Program-made: the position numbers and the translations under genes
Notes under the pieces: generated by a model
Database searches by the model: none
Told to the model about the DNA's origin: nothing
Seen by the model: only the letters and a program-made list of their open reading frames with translations
Origin: Candidatus Pacearchaeota archaeon
GTDB lineage: Archaea; Nanobdellota; Nanobdellia; Pacearchaeales; GW2011-AR1
DNA length: 64,000 bases
Direction: 5' to 3'
NCBI GenBank assembly: GCA_016181895.1
Contig: JACOYL010000009.1
Location: 3,346 to 67,345 of the forward strand
In this document: positions 16,832 to 26,599 of the stretch, one piece after another
Layout: every line of letters begins with the position of its first letter
How positions within the stretch are numbered: position 1 is the stretch's first letter

Positions 16832-17042
16832 CGTATTTATTATTCCATAATTTCTTGGCTACTTTCTCAGAATGTTTTAACAAATCAGAGAAATCTTCTT
16901 TCCTAAGCTTTTTAATTACAATGGAATTATCGCTCTGTGTTATGATAAGTTCATCTCCCTGTTCAATATTTAAGATTTCCCGAATTTTAATAGGTAACGA
17001 AATCTGCCCTTTATCTGTAACTTTGATAATTTTAGTTTCCAT
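16809..17042 (-). CDS. mazE: AbrB/MazE-type antitoxin
   Basis: 'KVTDKGQISLPIKIREILNIEQGDELII'. Overlaps mazF. Confidence 0.75.
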   Translation of the reverse strand: METKIIKVTDKGQISLPIKIREILNIEQGDELIITQSDNSIVIKKLRKEDFSDLLKHSEKVAKKLWNNKYDEIWNDV

Positions 17043-17107
17043 AAATAAGTAAGAATTTCCTTACTTATAAATTTTTCTGTCTTGAGATTAAAACTTTAAT
17101 TATATAA

Positions 17108-17386
17108 TCATTTTCCTCTCAATCCCTTCAACGTCCCGCTGACTTTCTTCACTTCAATTTTCTCGGGAAAAACAGCCAGCGACGCGCGGACTTCATTAAT
17201 CACTTCTCTGTTGATGCAAATAATCGCGCTTTCATTTTCAGTCTTGATGAAACTCAATCCTGATTTTGACATCCCTAAAATCCCAAGAAAATCAAGAATT
17301 GCTTTTTCAATATTTTCTCTTAAGTTTTTCCCAATAACAAGAAGATATCTTTTATTCTCACGCATTGTCGGTTTCAGGGTTTTCAT
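17108..17386 (-). CDS. rnp2: RNase P protein component 2 (Pop5/Rpp14 homolog)
   Basis: 'LKPTMRENKRYLLVIG...' N-terminal motif. Small size. The canonical neighbour of psmA in the archaeal superoperon. Confidence 0.7.
   Translation of the reverse strand: MKTLKPTMRENKRYLLVIGKNLRENIEKAILDFLGILGMSKSGLSFIKTENESAIICINREVINEVRASLAVFPEKIEVKKVSGTLKGLRGK
17113..17147. repeat. Direct repeat DR2: last 11 codons of pop5
   Basis: Partner of 16386-16420. Confidence 0.9.
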
Positions 17387-17416
17387 GAATAAAACAAGAA
17401 AAAAGAGTTATTAAAA

Positions 17417-17731
17417 TTATCTTGTATTTCTATTCCTATAATGTATGCATATCTTATATCTTTCATCACCATCGTCATCCATACAATACAAGCTTAATTC
17501 CATCGGAGATTGCTTAGCGGATATGACTGAATTTAACGGCTCAATTTTTAATTCGGCATCTTCCGCGAGAATTCCACAATAATAAAATGAATCTCCCGCC
17601 TTTCTCAAATGAGGACATTTTACTTTTACCTCCTCTTCAAGTTTTTTCGTCAAGGCTTTTTCTTTTTCCGTCACCAAATCATCAACAGTTCTTATATCAT
17701 CCCATGTGTTCCACAATAACATAAAAATCAT
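17417..17731 (-). CDS. Hypothetical Cys-containing protein
   Basis: 104-aa ORF with 5 Cys ('KCPHL...YYCG...YCMDD...KICIHY'). Confidence 0.4.
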   Translation of the reverse strand: MIFMLLWNTWDDIRTVDDLVTEKEKALTKKLEEEVKVKCPHLRKAGDSFYYCGILAEDAELKIEPLNSVISAKQSPMELSLYCMDDDGDERYKICIHYRNRNTR

Positions 17732-17799
17732 TGCAGGATTTTATTTATAAAAATTATTGTAGTATAAACTTTTAAACCACTTTCGCCTTTTTCATAGAG

Positions 17800-19146
17800 G
17801 TGAAAAAAATGGAAGTTTTTAGCATTGGAGGTTACAGCGAAGTCGGAAAAAACATGACTGCTGTAAAAATCAAAGATGATGTTTTTCTTTTCGACTGCGG
17901 TTTGTACATTCCCGCCGTGATTGAGTTGCAGGAGGAAAAAATCCAGGATTACGGCGAAAGGCAATTGAGAGGCAAGCAGGCATTGCCCGATGATTTGATT
18001 CTTGACAAACTTGGATTGCGAAATAAAGTCAGGGCGATTTTTCTTTCTCATGGGCATCTAGACCATATTGGCGCCGTGCCTTTCATTGCATACAGATACA
18101 ACTGTCCGATTTTTGGCTCTCCATTCACTATTTCTGTTTTGAAACGGACAATGGAAGACGAAAAAAAAAGAATCCCAAACAAAATAATCACAATTGAGTC
18201 GGATTCATCTCATACGATAAATGGAAAATCCGGAGATTACGAGGTTGAATTGATTCACATGACTCATTCAATACCTCACACGACAATGATTGCCTTGCAT
18301 ACCAAAGAAGGAATTGTCGTCTATGGAAACGATTTCAAAATTGACAACACCCCTGTTTTGGAAAGTCCGCCGAATTACAACGCCTTGAAAAGAATTTCAA
18401 AACAAGGCATCAAGGTTGCAATTCTTGATTCTCTTTACTGCAGTTCCGAAACAAAAACACCGAGCGAGAATCTGGCGAGAAACATGGTTAAGGAAATTTT
18501 CTCCGGAATGCACGGAAGCAAAAATGCGATTTTTGTCTCGACTTTTTCCTCGCACATTGCAAGATTGAAAAGCATTGTTGAATTCGGAAAAAAACTCGAC
18601 AGGGAAATTTTCTTCATAGGTAGGAGTTTGAACAGATACACGCAGGCGTCAAACGACATCAATCTTTTCAGTTTCAAAAACCAAGTAAGAATTGTGACTT
18701 ACAAAAATCAGGTTGCCTCTGCATTGAAAAAAATAAGCAGTCAAAGAGACAAATTTCTTGTCATTTGCACAGGGCATCAGGGAGAACCGGGAAGCATTTT
18801 GGAAAGATTGTCGAGAAAAAAACTTCCGTTTGAATTTCGCAGGGGAGATAATCTTGTTTTTTCCTCGAAGACAATTCCGGTTCCAATCAACATTAAAAAC
18901 AAGGGGGAGATGGACAAGAGATTCAAGAAATACGGAGTCAGGATTTTCGACGAAGTTCATGTCTCGGGGCACGGAGGAAGGGAAGACATAAGAGAACTGA
19001 TTGAAACGCTGAATCCCGAGCATGTAATTCCTTCCCACGGCTCTTATCAGCAATTGCTTCCCATGAGGGAACTTGGAAAAGAACTCGGCTACAAAATGGA
19101 CAAGAATTTTCATCTGATGCAGGACGGGGAAAAAATAAGTATTTGA
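17800..19146 (+). CDS. rnj: Archaeal RNase J (beta-CASP metallo-beta-lactamase)
   Basis: 'FLSHGHLDHIGAVP' (HxHxDH) and 'VHVSGHG'. 448 aa. 'GAGGTGA' SD-like element upstream. Confidence 0.85.
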   Translation: MKKMEVFSIGGYSEVGKNMTAVKIKDDVFLFDCGLYIPAVIELQEEKIQDYGERQLRGKQALPDDLILDKLGLRNKVRAIFLSHGHLDHIGAVPFIAYRYNCPIFGSPFTISVLKRTMEDEKKRIPNKIITIESDSSHTINGKSGDYEVELIHMTHSIPHTTMIALHTKEGIVVYGNDFKIDNTPVLESPPNYNALKRISKQGIKVAILDSLYCSSETKTPSENLARNMVKEIFSGMHGSKNAIFVSTFSSHIARLKSIVEFGKKLDREIFFIGRSLNRYTQASNDINLFSFKNQVRIVTYKNQVASALKKISSQRDKFLVICTGHQGEPGSILERLSRKKLPFEFRRGDNLVFSSKTIPVPINIKNKGEMDKRFKKYGVRIFDEVHVSGHGGREDIRELIETLNPEHVIPSHGSYQQLLPMRELGKELGYKMDKNFHLMQDGEKISI

Positions 19147-19485
19147 AAAGATTTATAAATATTAATTTACAGGAATTTTTATGGAAAGAAAAATATTAAA
19201 ACAAGGGTTTGTCGATGGGCTAGAAAATTATTATCAAATATTAGCCCAAGCAAAGATTATCAAGAAAGGATAAAAGAAAGACTAAAGAAAAATTCTTTGG
19301 ATAACCTTGGTAACAGTAATTACCGTTGAGCTGTTTTTTCAGGGATGATTGCCGGAGCAACTTCAACAATAACACCATATCTTGTTTATACTAATTATGT
19401 GTTTAGTCAACTTAATTAATATTTTTCTTATATTCTTTCAAAACCCCTAATTTTTTAAATTGCAAAATCTTTGATTTAAAGTAAA

Positions 19486-20028
19486 ATGGTGAAGGAAGAT
19501 ATCATTCGCGGTTTGGAAGGTGCGATGTCAAAGGGTGAAAGTTTGGAAAGGGCGATGTACAGTTTCTACAATGCGGGCTACAACAAATCAGATGTCGAAG
19601 CGGCTGCAAGGGCTTTGAGCATTCATCTTTCGCAGCAGGAATCTCTTATTCCCTCTAAACCTGAGGAGATAAAAGTTCCACCAATACCTATTTCAAAAAA
19701 ACCGGTTGAAATTCCTGTTTCCATAGAGATAAAACCTCCAGAACCGAAACCGGAACCCAAACCAATAAAAGTTGAAGAAATAATTCCGAAACCCGGCTTA
19801 AAACCCATAAATGAAAAACAAAAAGAAAAGCCAAGTTTTTTCACGCCGCAAAAGCCGAAAGTCGTTCAGCAAGTTTCCGCCTATGAAACAAGGGAAAAAA
19901 CAAGTTTAAGGACAATTCTCATAATCGTTCTTTTGATTGTTTTGATTGTTCTTCTCGGCATTTTGACAAGCATATTTATTTTCAGGGACACTCTTCTCAA
20001 TTTCTTTGACAACTTGATAGGAACATGA
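19486..20028 (+). CDS. Tail-anchored protein: N-terminal helical 'KG.S...AG[YW]' domain, Pro-rich linker, C-terminal TM
   Basis: 'MSKGESLERAMYSFYNAGYNKSDVEAAARAL', then PEPKPEPKP repeats, then 'ILIIVLLIVLIVLLGILTSIFIF'. Confidence 0.5.
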   Translation: MVKEDIIRGLEGAMSKGESLERAMYSFYNAGYNKSDVEAAARALSIHLSQQESLIPSKPEEIKVPPIPISKKPVEIPVSIEIKPPEPKPEPKPIKVEEIIPKPGLKPINEKQKEKPSFFTPQKPKVVQQVSAYETREKTSLRTILIIVLLIVLIVLLGILTSIFIFRDTLLNFFDNLIGT

Positions 20029-20558
20029 ATGAAATTTATATTCCAAGAGAAGACTCGTATTTGCTGACCAGGATTTTAAAAAAACAAATTCCGAAACTGA
20101 TCGCAGAAAATAAAAATCTGAAATCGCTTGAAGTTGGCTGCGGTTCTGGAATTCAATTGCTGACATTGAAGAGTTTGGGAATTAAAAATATTTTTGGCGT
20201 TGACATCAATAAAAAAGCAGTGGAACATTGCAAGAAACTTGGATTAAAATGCACTCATTCAAATTTGTTTCAAAATGTAAAAGGCAAATTTGATTTGATT
20301 ATTTTCAATCCACCATATCTTCCATTGGATTCAAGAGAGCCAAAGGATTCAAGAGTTGCAACAACCGGCGGAGAAAAAGGAAGCGAACTGACAAATAGGT
20401 TTTTGAAACAAGCTAAAAAACATCTTGCAAAAAACGGAATAATCTTTCTCGTTTCAAGTTCCTTGACAAAAGGAATAAATTTTCAGGGATTTAGGAAAAA
20501 AATCCTGGATTCCAAAAAATTATTCTTCGAGGAACTGAGAGTTTGGGAAATTTATTGA
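20025..20558 (+). CDS. HemK-related/Mtq2-type SAM-dependent methyltransferase
   Basis: 'LEVGCGSGIQ' SAM motif and the 'IIFNPPYLP' NPPY motif. 177 aa. Confidence 0.8.
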   Translation: MNEIYIPREDSYLLTRILKKQIPKLIAENKNLKSLEVGCGSGIQLLTLKSLGIKNIFGVDINKKAVEHCKKLGLKCTHSNLFQNVKGKFDLIIFNPPYLPLDSREPKDSRVATTGGEKGSELTNRFLKQAKKHLAKNGIIFLVSSSLTKGINFQGFRKKILDSKKLFFEELRVWEIY

Positions 20559-20847
20559 GAGTTTCTTGTTAGAATTTCAAGAGCCCTTTTTGCACCTGCA
20601 TATCTTGGGTTAGAATAATTAACAATTGTCCTATCTATCTTGCCCCTATATATCCAAGACTATAATCTCTTCCTCTATATAAAAAATCATGGCGCCACAT
20701 TTCTTGTAATCTTGCAAATTCATTTGCATTCATTAGAATTTTCAATATTGTTATGGGGTTGGTTATACTCTCACATTTCCATCACACTTTTAAACTTTCC
20801 TTTTTCACCACAACTATATTTATATATTTCTTATTAAAATTATTTTT

Positions 20848-22014
20848 ATGGTGAAATTCGCGCATATGGCTGACGTTCATCTTGGAGGATGGAAGCAAAA
20901 GCCGATGCAGGAATTGAATTTCCAGTCGTTTCAGAAAGCCATTGACATTTCGATTCAGGAAAAAGTCGAGTTTCTTCTCATTGCAGGAGACTTGTTCGAT
21001 ACAGCCTATCCCTCGATAGAAATCCTCAAGGAAACATTTGCGGAATTCAAGAAATTGAAGGAATCTGGAACTCCATGTTTTTTGATTTCGGGAAGCCATG
21101 ACTATTCCGTTTCCGGAAAAACATTTCTCGATGTTCTCGAAAAATCCGGCTTCTGCAAAAACGTTTCTGTTTTTGAGGACGATGGCTCGGTTTTATTATT
21201 GAAGCCGACAAAATTCAGAGACGTTGTTTTCTACGGCTATCCCGGAAAAAAAACCGGGCTTGACGTCGGAGATTTGAAAAGATTAAAACTCGAACATTCA
21301 GACGGAAAATTCAAAATCCTAATGCTTCACACGACAATTGACAAGGCTGTTGAAACTCTTGGAAACCTGCCGATTGATTACATAAAAGCGGATTCGCTGC
21401 CTGAAACAGATTACTGTGCATTAGGGCACATTCACATTTTGCTTAAATACAAAAGCTTTGTTTATCCCGGTCCTGTTTTTCCGAACAATTTCGCAGAACT
21501 CGAAAATTTGAAGCACGGGCATTTTTGCATTTATGATTCCAATTCGGAAGTTCCATTGAGAAGAATTGAGCTGAAAATAAAACAAACAGAAAGAATTGAA
21601 ATCAAAATCAACAATTCTTCCGAAGCCACCGAGAAAATAATTTCCGAACTGAACAAAAGAAACGTTTATGACAAAATAATTTTATTGAGGATTTCAGGGG
21701 AAATTGAAAGTCCGCAAAACCAGATAAAATTTTTTCAAATAGAGGAATTTGCAAAAAGAAAAGGTGTTTATTTTCTGCTGAAAAACACCCACAACCTTAA
21801 AACAAAAGAAATTGAAATGGAATTGGAAATAGAAAAATCCGAGAATGTCGAGGAGGAAACGATAAAACTTTATTCCTCTCAAAATCCCTCTGCTTTTGAT
21901 TCTTTTATTCCTCAATTGATGAATTCACTTGCTATAGAAAAGCAGGAAGGGGAAACTTCCGAAACTTTCTCATCAAGAATTTTGGACGAATCAAGAAAAA
22001 TATTAAGGTTTTGA
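20848..22014 (+). CDS. mre11: DNA double-strand-break repair nuclease Mre11
   Basis: Phosphoesterase motifs 'HMADVHLG', 'AGDLFD', 'GSHD', 'MLHT', 'GHIH'. Confidence 0.85.
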   Translation: MVKFAHMADVHLGGWKQKPMQELNFQSFQKAIDISIQEKVEFLLIAGDLFDTAYPSIEILKETFAEFKKLKESGTPCFLISGSHDYSVSGKTFLDVLEKSGFCKNVSVFEDDGSVLLLKPTKFRDVVFYGYPGKKTGLDVGDLKRLKLEHSDGKFKILMLHTTIDKAVETLGNLPIDYIKADSLPETDYCALGHIHILLKYKSFVYPGPVFPNNFAELENLKHGHFCIYDSNSEVPLRRIELKIKQTERIEIKINNSSEATEKIISELNKRNVYDKIILLRISGEIESPQNQIKFFQIEEFAKRKGVYFLLKNTHNLKTKEIEMELEIEKSENVEEETIKLYSSQNPSAFDSFIPQLMNSLAIEKQEGETSETFSSRILDESRKILRF

Positions 22015-22017
22015 AAA

Positions 22018-23211
22018 ATGAAAAAAATATTGATTGTCGGAACAGGTGGCAGAGAGCATGCATTAGGCTGGAATCTTTCAAAAGACAGAGATTCTAAAAT
22101 TCTTTATGTTGCTCCGGAAAAAACTTCAAGAGAGGTTGCGGAACTGATAAAAAAAGAAAAAATTGAATTGACTATTATTGGTCCAGAGGAACCCTTGGAA
22201 AGAGGAATGGTTGATTTTTTGAACATGAACGGGATTCAAAATGTTTTCGGACCAACCAAGGAAATGACAAAACTTGAATCTGACAAATTTTATTCTTACG
22301 ATTTGATGGAAGAACTTGGAATTCCGCAGGCGCGTTCTGTAAAGTGTTTTCATCTTTTTGATATTAAAAAAGCGATTAAGATGTTTGAAAAGCCTGTTCT
22401 GAAATACAGGGGGCTTGCAGGAGGAAAAGGGGTAAAAGTTTGCAATTCCCAAAAAGAAGCCATGGAGGATTTGAATTTATTTTTAAGAAAATTTGGCAAG
22501 GATATACTTGTTGCTGAAAGATTATATGGAAAGGAATTTTCTGTTTTTGGAATTGCCGATGGAAAAAATGTTTTGCCCTTTAAAGTTGCCTTCCAGGATT
22601 ACAAAAGACTGAATGACGGAGACATTGGTCCAAATACAGGAGGCATGGGTGCTTACGGGCCGGTACAATTTGTTTCAAAGAAATTACTGAAAAAAATAAA
22701 TGAAGAAATAATGATTCCGGTTGTAAGAAGAACAAATTACAGGGGTTTTCTTTATGTCGGAATGATTCTGACAGAAGATGGTCCAAAGGTTATAGAATTT
22801 AATGCAAGATTTGGAGATCCTGAGGCGCAACCGGCGATGATGTTGCTTAAAGACAGTTTATATGTTCCATTAAAGCTTTCTTTGGAAGGAAAAGTTTTGG
22901 AATCATCATTGGATTTGAAGGATGGCGCTTCATGTTGTGTTGTCCTTGCATTAAAAGGTTACCCTGAAAATTATGAAATTGGATTGCCTATTTCTGGGAT
23001 TGAAGAAGCGGAAAAAATTGAAGGAATAAAGGTCTTTCATGCCGGAACAAAATTTGAAAACGGCTCATGGAAAACCAATGGCGGAAGAGTCTTGGATGTA
23101 ACAAGTTATTCTCGCGGACTGCCCCAAGCCAGAGACTTGGCGTATCAAGCCGCCTCAAAAATAAATATTCCCGGAGGATTTCACCATAGGAAAGACATAG
23201 CCTTATTTTGA
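22018..23211 (+). CDS. purD: Phosphoribosylamine-glycine ligase
   Basis: 'VGTGGREHALGW', 'GLAGGKGV', 'GPNTGGMGAY', 'EFNARFGDPEAQP', 'TNGGRVL'. Collinear with E. coli PurD from memory. Confidence 0.9.
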   Translation: MKKILIVGTGGREHALGWNLSKDRDSKILYVAPEKTSREVAELIKKEKIELTIIGPEEPLERGMVDFLNMNGIQNVFGPTKEMTKLESDKFYSYDLMEELGIPQARSVKCFHLFDIKKAIKMFEKPVLKYRGLAGGKGVKVCNSQKEAMEDLNLFLRKFGKDILVAERLYGKEFSVFGIADGKNVLPFKVAFQDYKRLNDGDIGPNTGGMGAYGPVQFVSKKLLKKINEEIMIPVVRRTNYRGFLYVGMILTEDGPKVIEFNARFGDPEAQPAMMLLKDSLYVPLKLSLEGKVLESSLDLKDGASCCVVLALKGYPENYEIGLPISGIEEAEKIEGIKVFHAGTKFENGSWKTNGGRVLDVTSYSRGLPQARDLAYQAASKINIPGGFHHRKDIALF

Positions 23212-23220
23212 AAATTTAAA

Positions 23221-25266
23221 ATGAAACTGAAAAAAATTATTTTGGAAAACATAAGAAGTTACAAGAATCAGGAAGTGGAATTCCCGGAAGGCTCGATTTT
23301 GCTTTCGGGAGACATCGGCTCCGGGAAAACTTCCATTCTTCTTGGAATAGAATTCGCACTGTTCGGTTTGCAGCCGGGACAAAAAGGCTCTTCTTTGCTT
23401 AGAAACGGGGAAAACAAAGGTTCCGTGGTTTTGGAATTTGAAATCGACGACAAAAACATTCTGATAGAAAGGACTTTGAAAAGAGGAAAATCAATTTCCC
23501 AGGAAGACTGTTCAATAACAATCAACCATGAGAAAAAGGAAATATCTGTCATGGAACTGAAAAGCCGCGTCCTTGAACTTTTGAATTATCCCAAGGAATT
23601 TTCCAAGAAACAAAATCTTCTTTACAAATTCACGGTTTACACGCCGCAGGAGGAAATGAAGGAAATAATTTTGCAGGATTCCGAGATGAGAGTCAACACG
23701 TTGAGGCACATTTTCGGGATTGACAAGTACAAGAAAATATTGGAGAATGCCTCTGTTTTGGCTTCAAAAATAAGGGAGGAAAAAAGGATTAAGGAAAATC
23801 TTGTCCTGGATTTGGAGCAGGATAAACTGGAACTTGTTTCAAAAGAAAACGAACTTGAATCAAAGCATTACAATCTTGCTTCTGTTGAAAAGGAATTTTT
23901 TTTGAAAGCAGAGGAAAGAAAAAAAATTCAGGAGGAAAAAGACCTGATTCAGGAAAAAATCAACGAGAAATCAAAAATCCAAGGAGAGGTGGAAAAAACA
24001 AAAATAATGATTTCAAACAAGGAAGATTTGATTTCAGGAAACGAGAAAACTACAAAACAGTTGTCTTTGCAGATTAAGGAATCGGAAGACGCAAGGTTTG
24101 ACGAAACAGAGATTTTGAAACTTGAGGAGGAATTAAAAACGACAAAAAGGCAGAAAACAGATTTGAATGATTTATTCATCAAGATTTCAGCAGAAATAAA
24201 TTCCCTCAATTCAAAAAACCAGGAAAACGCCGAGGTAAAAGCAAGGATAGGCAGCGTCGATGTCTGTCCGACATGTCTTCAGGAAGTCAATGTTCTCTAC
24301 AAGAACAACATCCTTGCCAAAATAAATCTCGGCATTTTGGAAAACCTGAAAAAAATCGAGGCTTTGAATTCGGAAAAAAGAAACGCGCAAATACATCTTT
24401 CGGAGATTGACATGCAAATCGATTTTACAGAGAAAAAAATCCAGGATTGCAACATTGTTAAAATAAAACTTCAAAACATAAACGAAAAAAAATCAAGGAT
24501 TGAGGAATTGAAAAACAGCAACTTTCTCATTCAAAAGGAAATAAAAGATTTGCAGGCAAAAATATCCTCTTTGGAAAAATTGCTTGAAACATTGGAAAAA
24601 TTCGATTCTTTGCATGAAGAAAAGCAAAAGGCGTTTGACATTGCCATGAAACAAGAGAGACTTGCGGAAATAAAAACGGCTGAATTAAAAAAAGAAATTG
24701 AATTTTTCAACAGGCAAATCGAGGAACTGAAGGAAAAAATAAAGAAAACGGCGGAAATAAAAAGGCAGCTGAATTATCTTGCCGAGGTTGAATCTTGGAT
24801 TTCCAAGAATTTTTCTGTTTTGATTTCTGCAATAGAAAGAAACGTGATGATAAAATTGAAAAAGCAATTTTCCGAGTTGTTTTCGGAATGGTTTTCAATG
24901 CTTGTCTCCGAGTCATTCAATGTAAGGCTCGACGACAATTTCACTCCAGTAATTGAGCAGCAGGATTATGAGTTGGATTATTCATATCTCTCGGGAGGAG
25001 AACGCACCGCGGTTGCTTTGGCGTATCGTCTGGCTCTTAATCAAGTCATTAATTCCCTTCTGAGCAAGATAAAGACGAAAGACATCGTTGTTCTCGATGA
25101 ACCCACTGATGGATTTTCAAGCCAGCAACTGGACAAGCTGCGCGACGTTCTTGCGCAATTGAATGTAAAGCAACTTATCATCGTAAGCCACGAGCAGAAA
25201 ATCGAGAGCTTTGTGGAAAACGTGATACGATTCAAGAAAGTGAATGGAATTTCTGTCAAAGAGTAA
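23221..25266 (+). CDS. rad50: Rad50 ATPase (short, 681 aa)
   Basis: Walker A 'GSGKTSIL', Zn hook 'CPTC' (~24262-24273), signature '[17 protein letters not shown]', Walker B 'VVLDEPTDG'. Confidence 0.9.
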   Translation: MKLKKIILENIRSYKNQEVEFPEGSILLSGDIGSGKTSILLGIEFALFGLQPGQKGSSLLRNGENKGSVVLEFEIDDKNILIERTLKRGKSISQEDCSITINHEKKEISVMELKSRVLELLNYPKEFSKKQNLLYKFTVYTPQEEMKEIILQDSEMRVNTLRHIFGIDKYKKILENASVLASKIREEKRIKENLVLDLEQDKLELVSKENELESKHYNLASVEKEFFLKAEERKKIQEEKDLIQEKINEKSKIQGEVEKTKIMISNKEDLISGNEKTTKQLSLQIKESEDARFDETEILKLEEELKTTKRQKTDLNDLFIKISAEINSLNSKNQENAEVKARIGSVDVCPTCLQEVNVLYKNNILAKINLGILENLKKIEALNSEKRNAQIHLSEIDMQIDFTEKKIQDCNIVKIKLQNINEKKSRIEELKNSNFLIQKEIKDLQAKISSLEKLLETLEKFDSLHEEKQKAFDIAMKQERLAEIKTAELKKEIEFFNRQIEELKEKIKKTAEIKRQLNYLAEVESWISKNFSVLISAIERNVMIKLKKQFSELFSEWFSMLVSESFNVRLDDNFTPVIEQQDYELDYSYLSGGERTAVALAYRLALNQVINSLLSKIKTKDIVVLDEPTDGFSSQQLDKLRDVLAQLNVKQLIIVSHEQKIESFVENVIRFKKVNGISVKE

Positions 25267-25296
25267 ATTTATATATTATCATCTGCCGAGAAAATA

Positions 25297-25698
25297 ATGG
25301 AATTGGAAAGAGTAGAAATGTTAAAATATGTCAATTATGAATTTGAAAACATTTTAAGACTTTACGAAGATTACAGGAACCTTATATCTGAATTGGCGAA
25401 ACAAAAAATGATTCCGTCGCCGCTTGGAAAATTTATCAAGGCTAACTTGTTTTTTGGGCTGAACGGTTCTCCAGCCGCGGATTTTTACTGCAAGTTTGGT
25501 TATCGTTACGGTTCTGAAATGGATTTGCAAAATGATGCGTTGATTTTTCCATTGAGGAGGGTTTTGTTTCATAGTACACAATCTGTCGGAAACGGCTCCA
25601 TAAATCCGATATACAAATTATTCCGCGATTTCTCGGATGCGAAAAAATACAGGCTTCAATACAAGAACGATTTGTCAAATCCATTTTCAGTTCCCTGA
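25297..25698 (+). CDS. Hypothetical protein
   Basis: 133-aa ORF downstream of rad50. Confidence 0.4.
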   Translation: MELERVEMLKYVNYEFENILRLYEDYRNLISELAKQKMIPSPLGKFIKANLFFGLNGSPAADFYCKFGYRYGSEMDLQNDALIFPLRRVLFHSTQSVGNGSINPIYKLFRDFSDAKKYRLQYKNDLSNPFSVP

Positions 25699-25790
25699 AA
25701 CTGAAAAACAAAACATTTATAAAATATCATTTTATTGATAAATCATTCTAGAAATTTATTCTAAATTATTTACAAGACAAAGCAAACAAA

Positions 25791-26453
25791 ATGGACGCTG
25801 AATTAAAAAACTCGATTTTGAAGACGGGAACGACAATCCTTGGAATTGTCTGCAAAGACGGGATTGTGATGGCTGCTGACAAACAGAGTACTGCAGGAAA
25901 TATTGTTATGAACAAGGATTCTGAAAAAATTAAAATAATTAATGAGTATCTTGCCTTTGCTGGAACAGGGATGGTTGCAGACATCCAAAGGGCAATAAAA
26001 ATCGCTGCAGCAGAATTAAGACTTAAAGAACTTAGGGCAAGGTCAAGACCTTCTGTTGTAAATGGCGCAAGTTTAGTTGCCTCTTTAATTTATAATTCAG
26101 TTAGGCAACCTGCAATGATTCAATTTATGGTTGGTAGTTTGGTTGGAGGTGTAAATGAAGACGGCTCAACAGAATTATATTCTATAGACCCTGTTGGAGG
26201 CATAAAGCAAATTAAAGATTATGATGCTAATTTTGGTTCAGGTATGCCTTATGTTCTGGGACTTTTGGAAAGACAATATAAAAAAGGAATGTCTATTGAA
26301 GATGGAGTTAAATTGGCCGTTGAGTCAATAAAATCTTCGACACAAAGAGATACCGGAAGCGGACATGGTATTGATGTTTATACCCTTACAAAAGACGGAA
26401 TAAAAAAAGTAATTGACCAGGATATAATTCCAGAGTACAAAGACAGCAAGTGA
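25791..26453 (+). CDS. psmB: Proteasome subunit beta
   Basis: Short propeptide, then 'TGTTILGIVCKDGIVMAADKQST'. Confidence 0.9.
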   Translation: MDAELKNSILKTGTTILGIVCKDGIVMAADKQSTAGNIVMNKDSEKIKIINEYLAFAGTGMVADIQRAIKIAAAELRLKELRARSRPSVVNGASLVASLIYNSVRQPAMIQFMVGSLVGGVNEDGSTELYSIDPVGGIKQIKDYDANFGSGMPYVLGLLERQYKKGMSIEDGVKLAVESIKSSTQRDTGSGHGIDVYTLTKDGIKKVIDQDIIPEYKDSK

Positions 26454-26599
26454 TTTATTTTAATTTTAAATAATTTAAGAGGACAAATCTAAATACAAAG
26501 CGAGATATTAATGAATATTTCATTTAAACTTACTAATTTGCAGAATGATTAATTTTATGTTAACTAAATAAAGCGAGCCGAAAGGCAGCACATTTTTCA

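Noticed and set aside
19147-19485. 339-bp gap after rnj containing short ORF fragments ('MERKILKQGFVDGLENYYQILAQAKIIKKG*', '...GMIAGATSTITPYLVYTNYVFSQLN*').
   Set aside because: It may be a decayed gene, but the fragments are too short and unrecognisable to support a pseudogene call. No RNA-like structure was seen.
20559-20800. Minus-strand reading 'MNANEFARLQEMWRHDFLYRGRDYSLGYIGAR' then, after a frameshift, 'IDRTIVNYSNPRYAGAKRALEILTRNSQ*'.
   Set aside because: It looks protein-like and may be a frameshifted small-gene remnant. There is no identifiable family and it needs an assumed frameshift, so support is insufficient.
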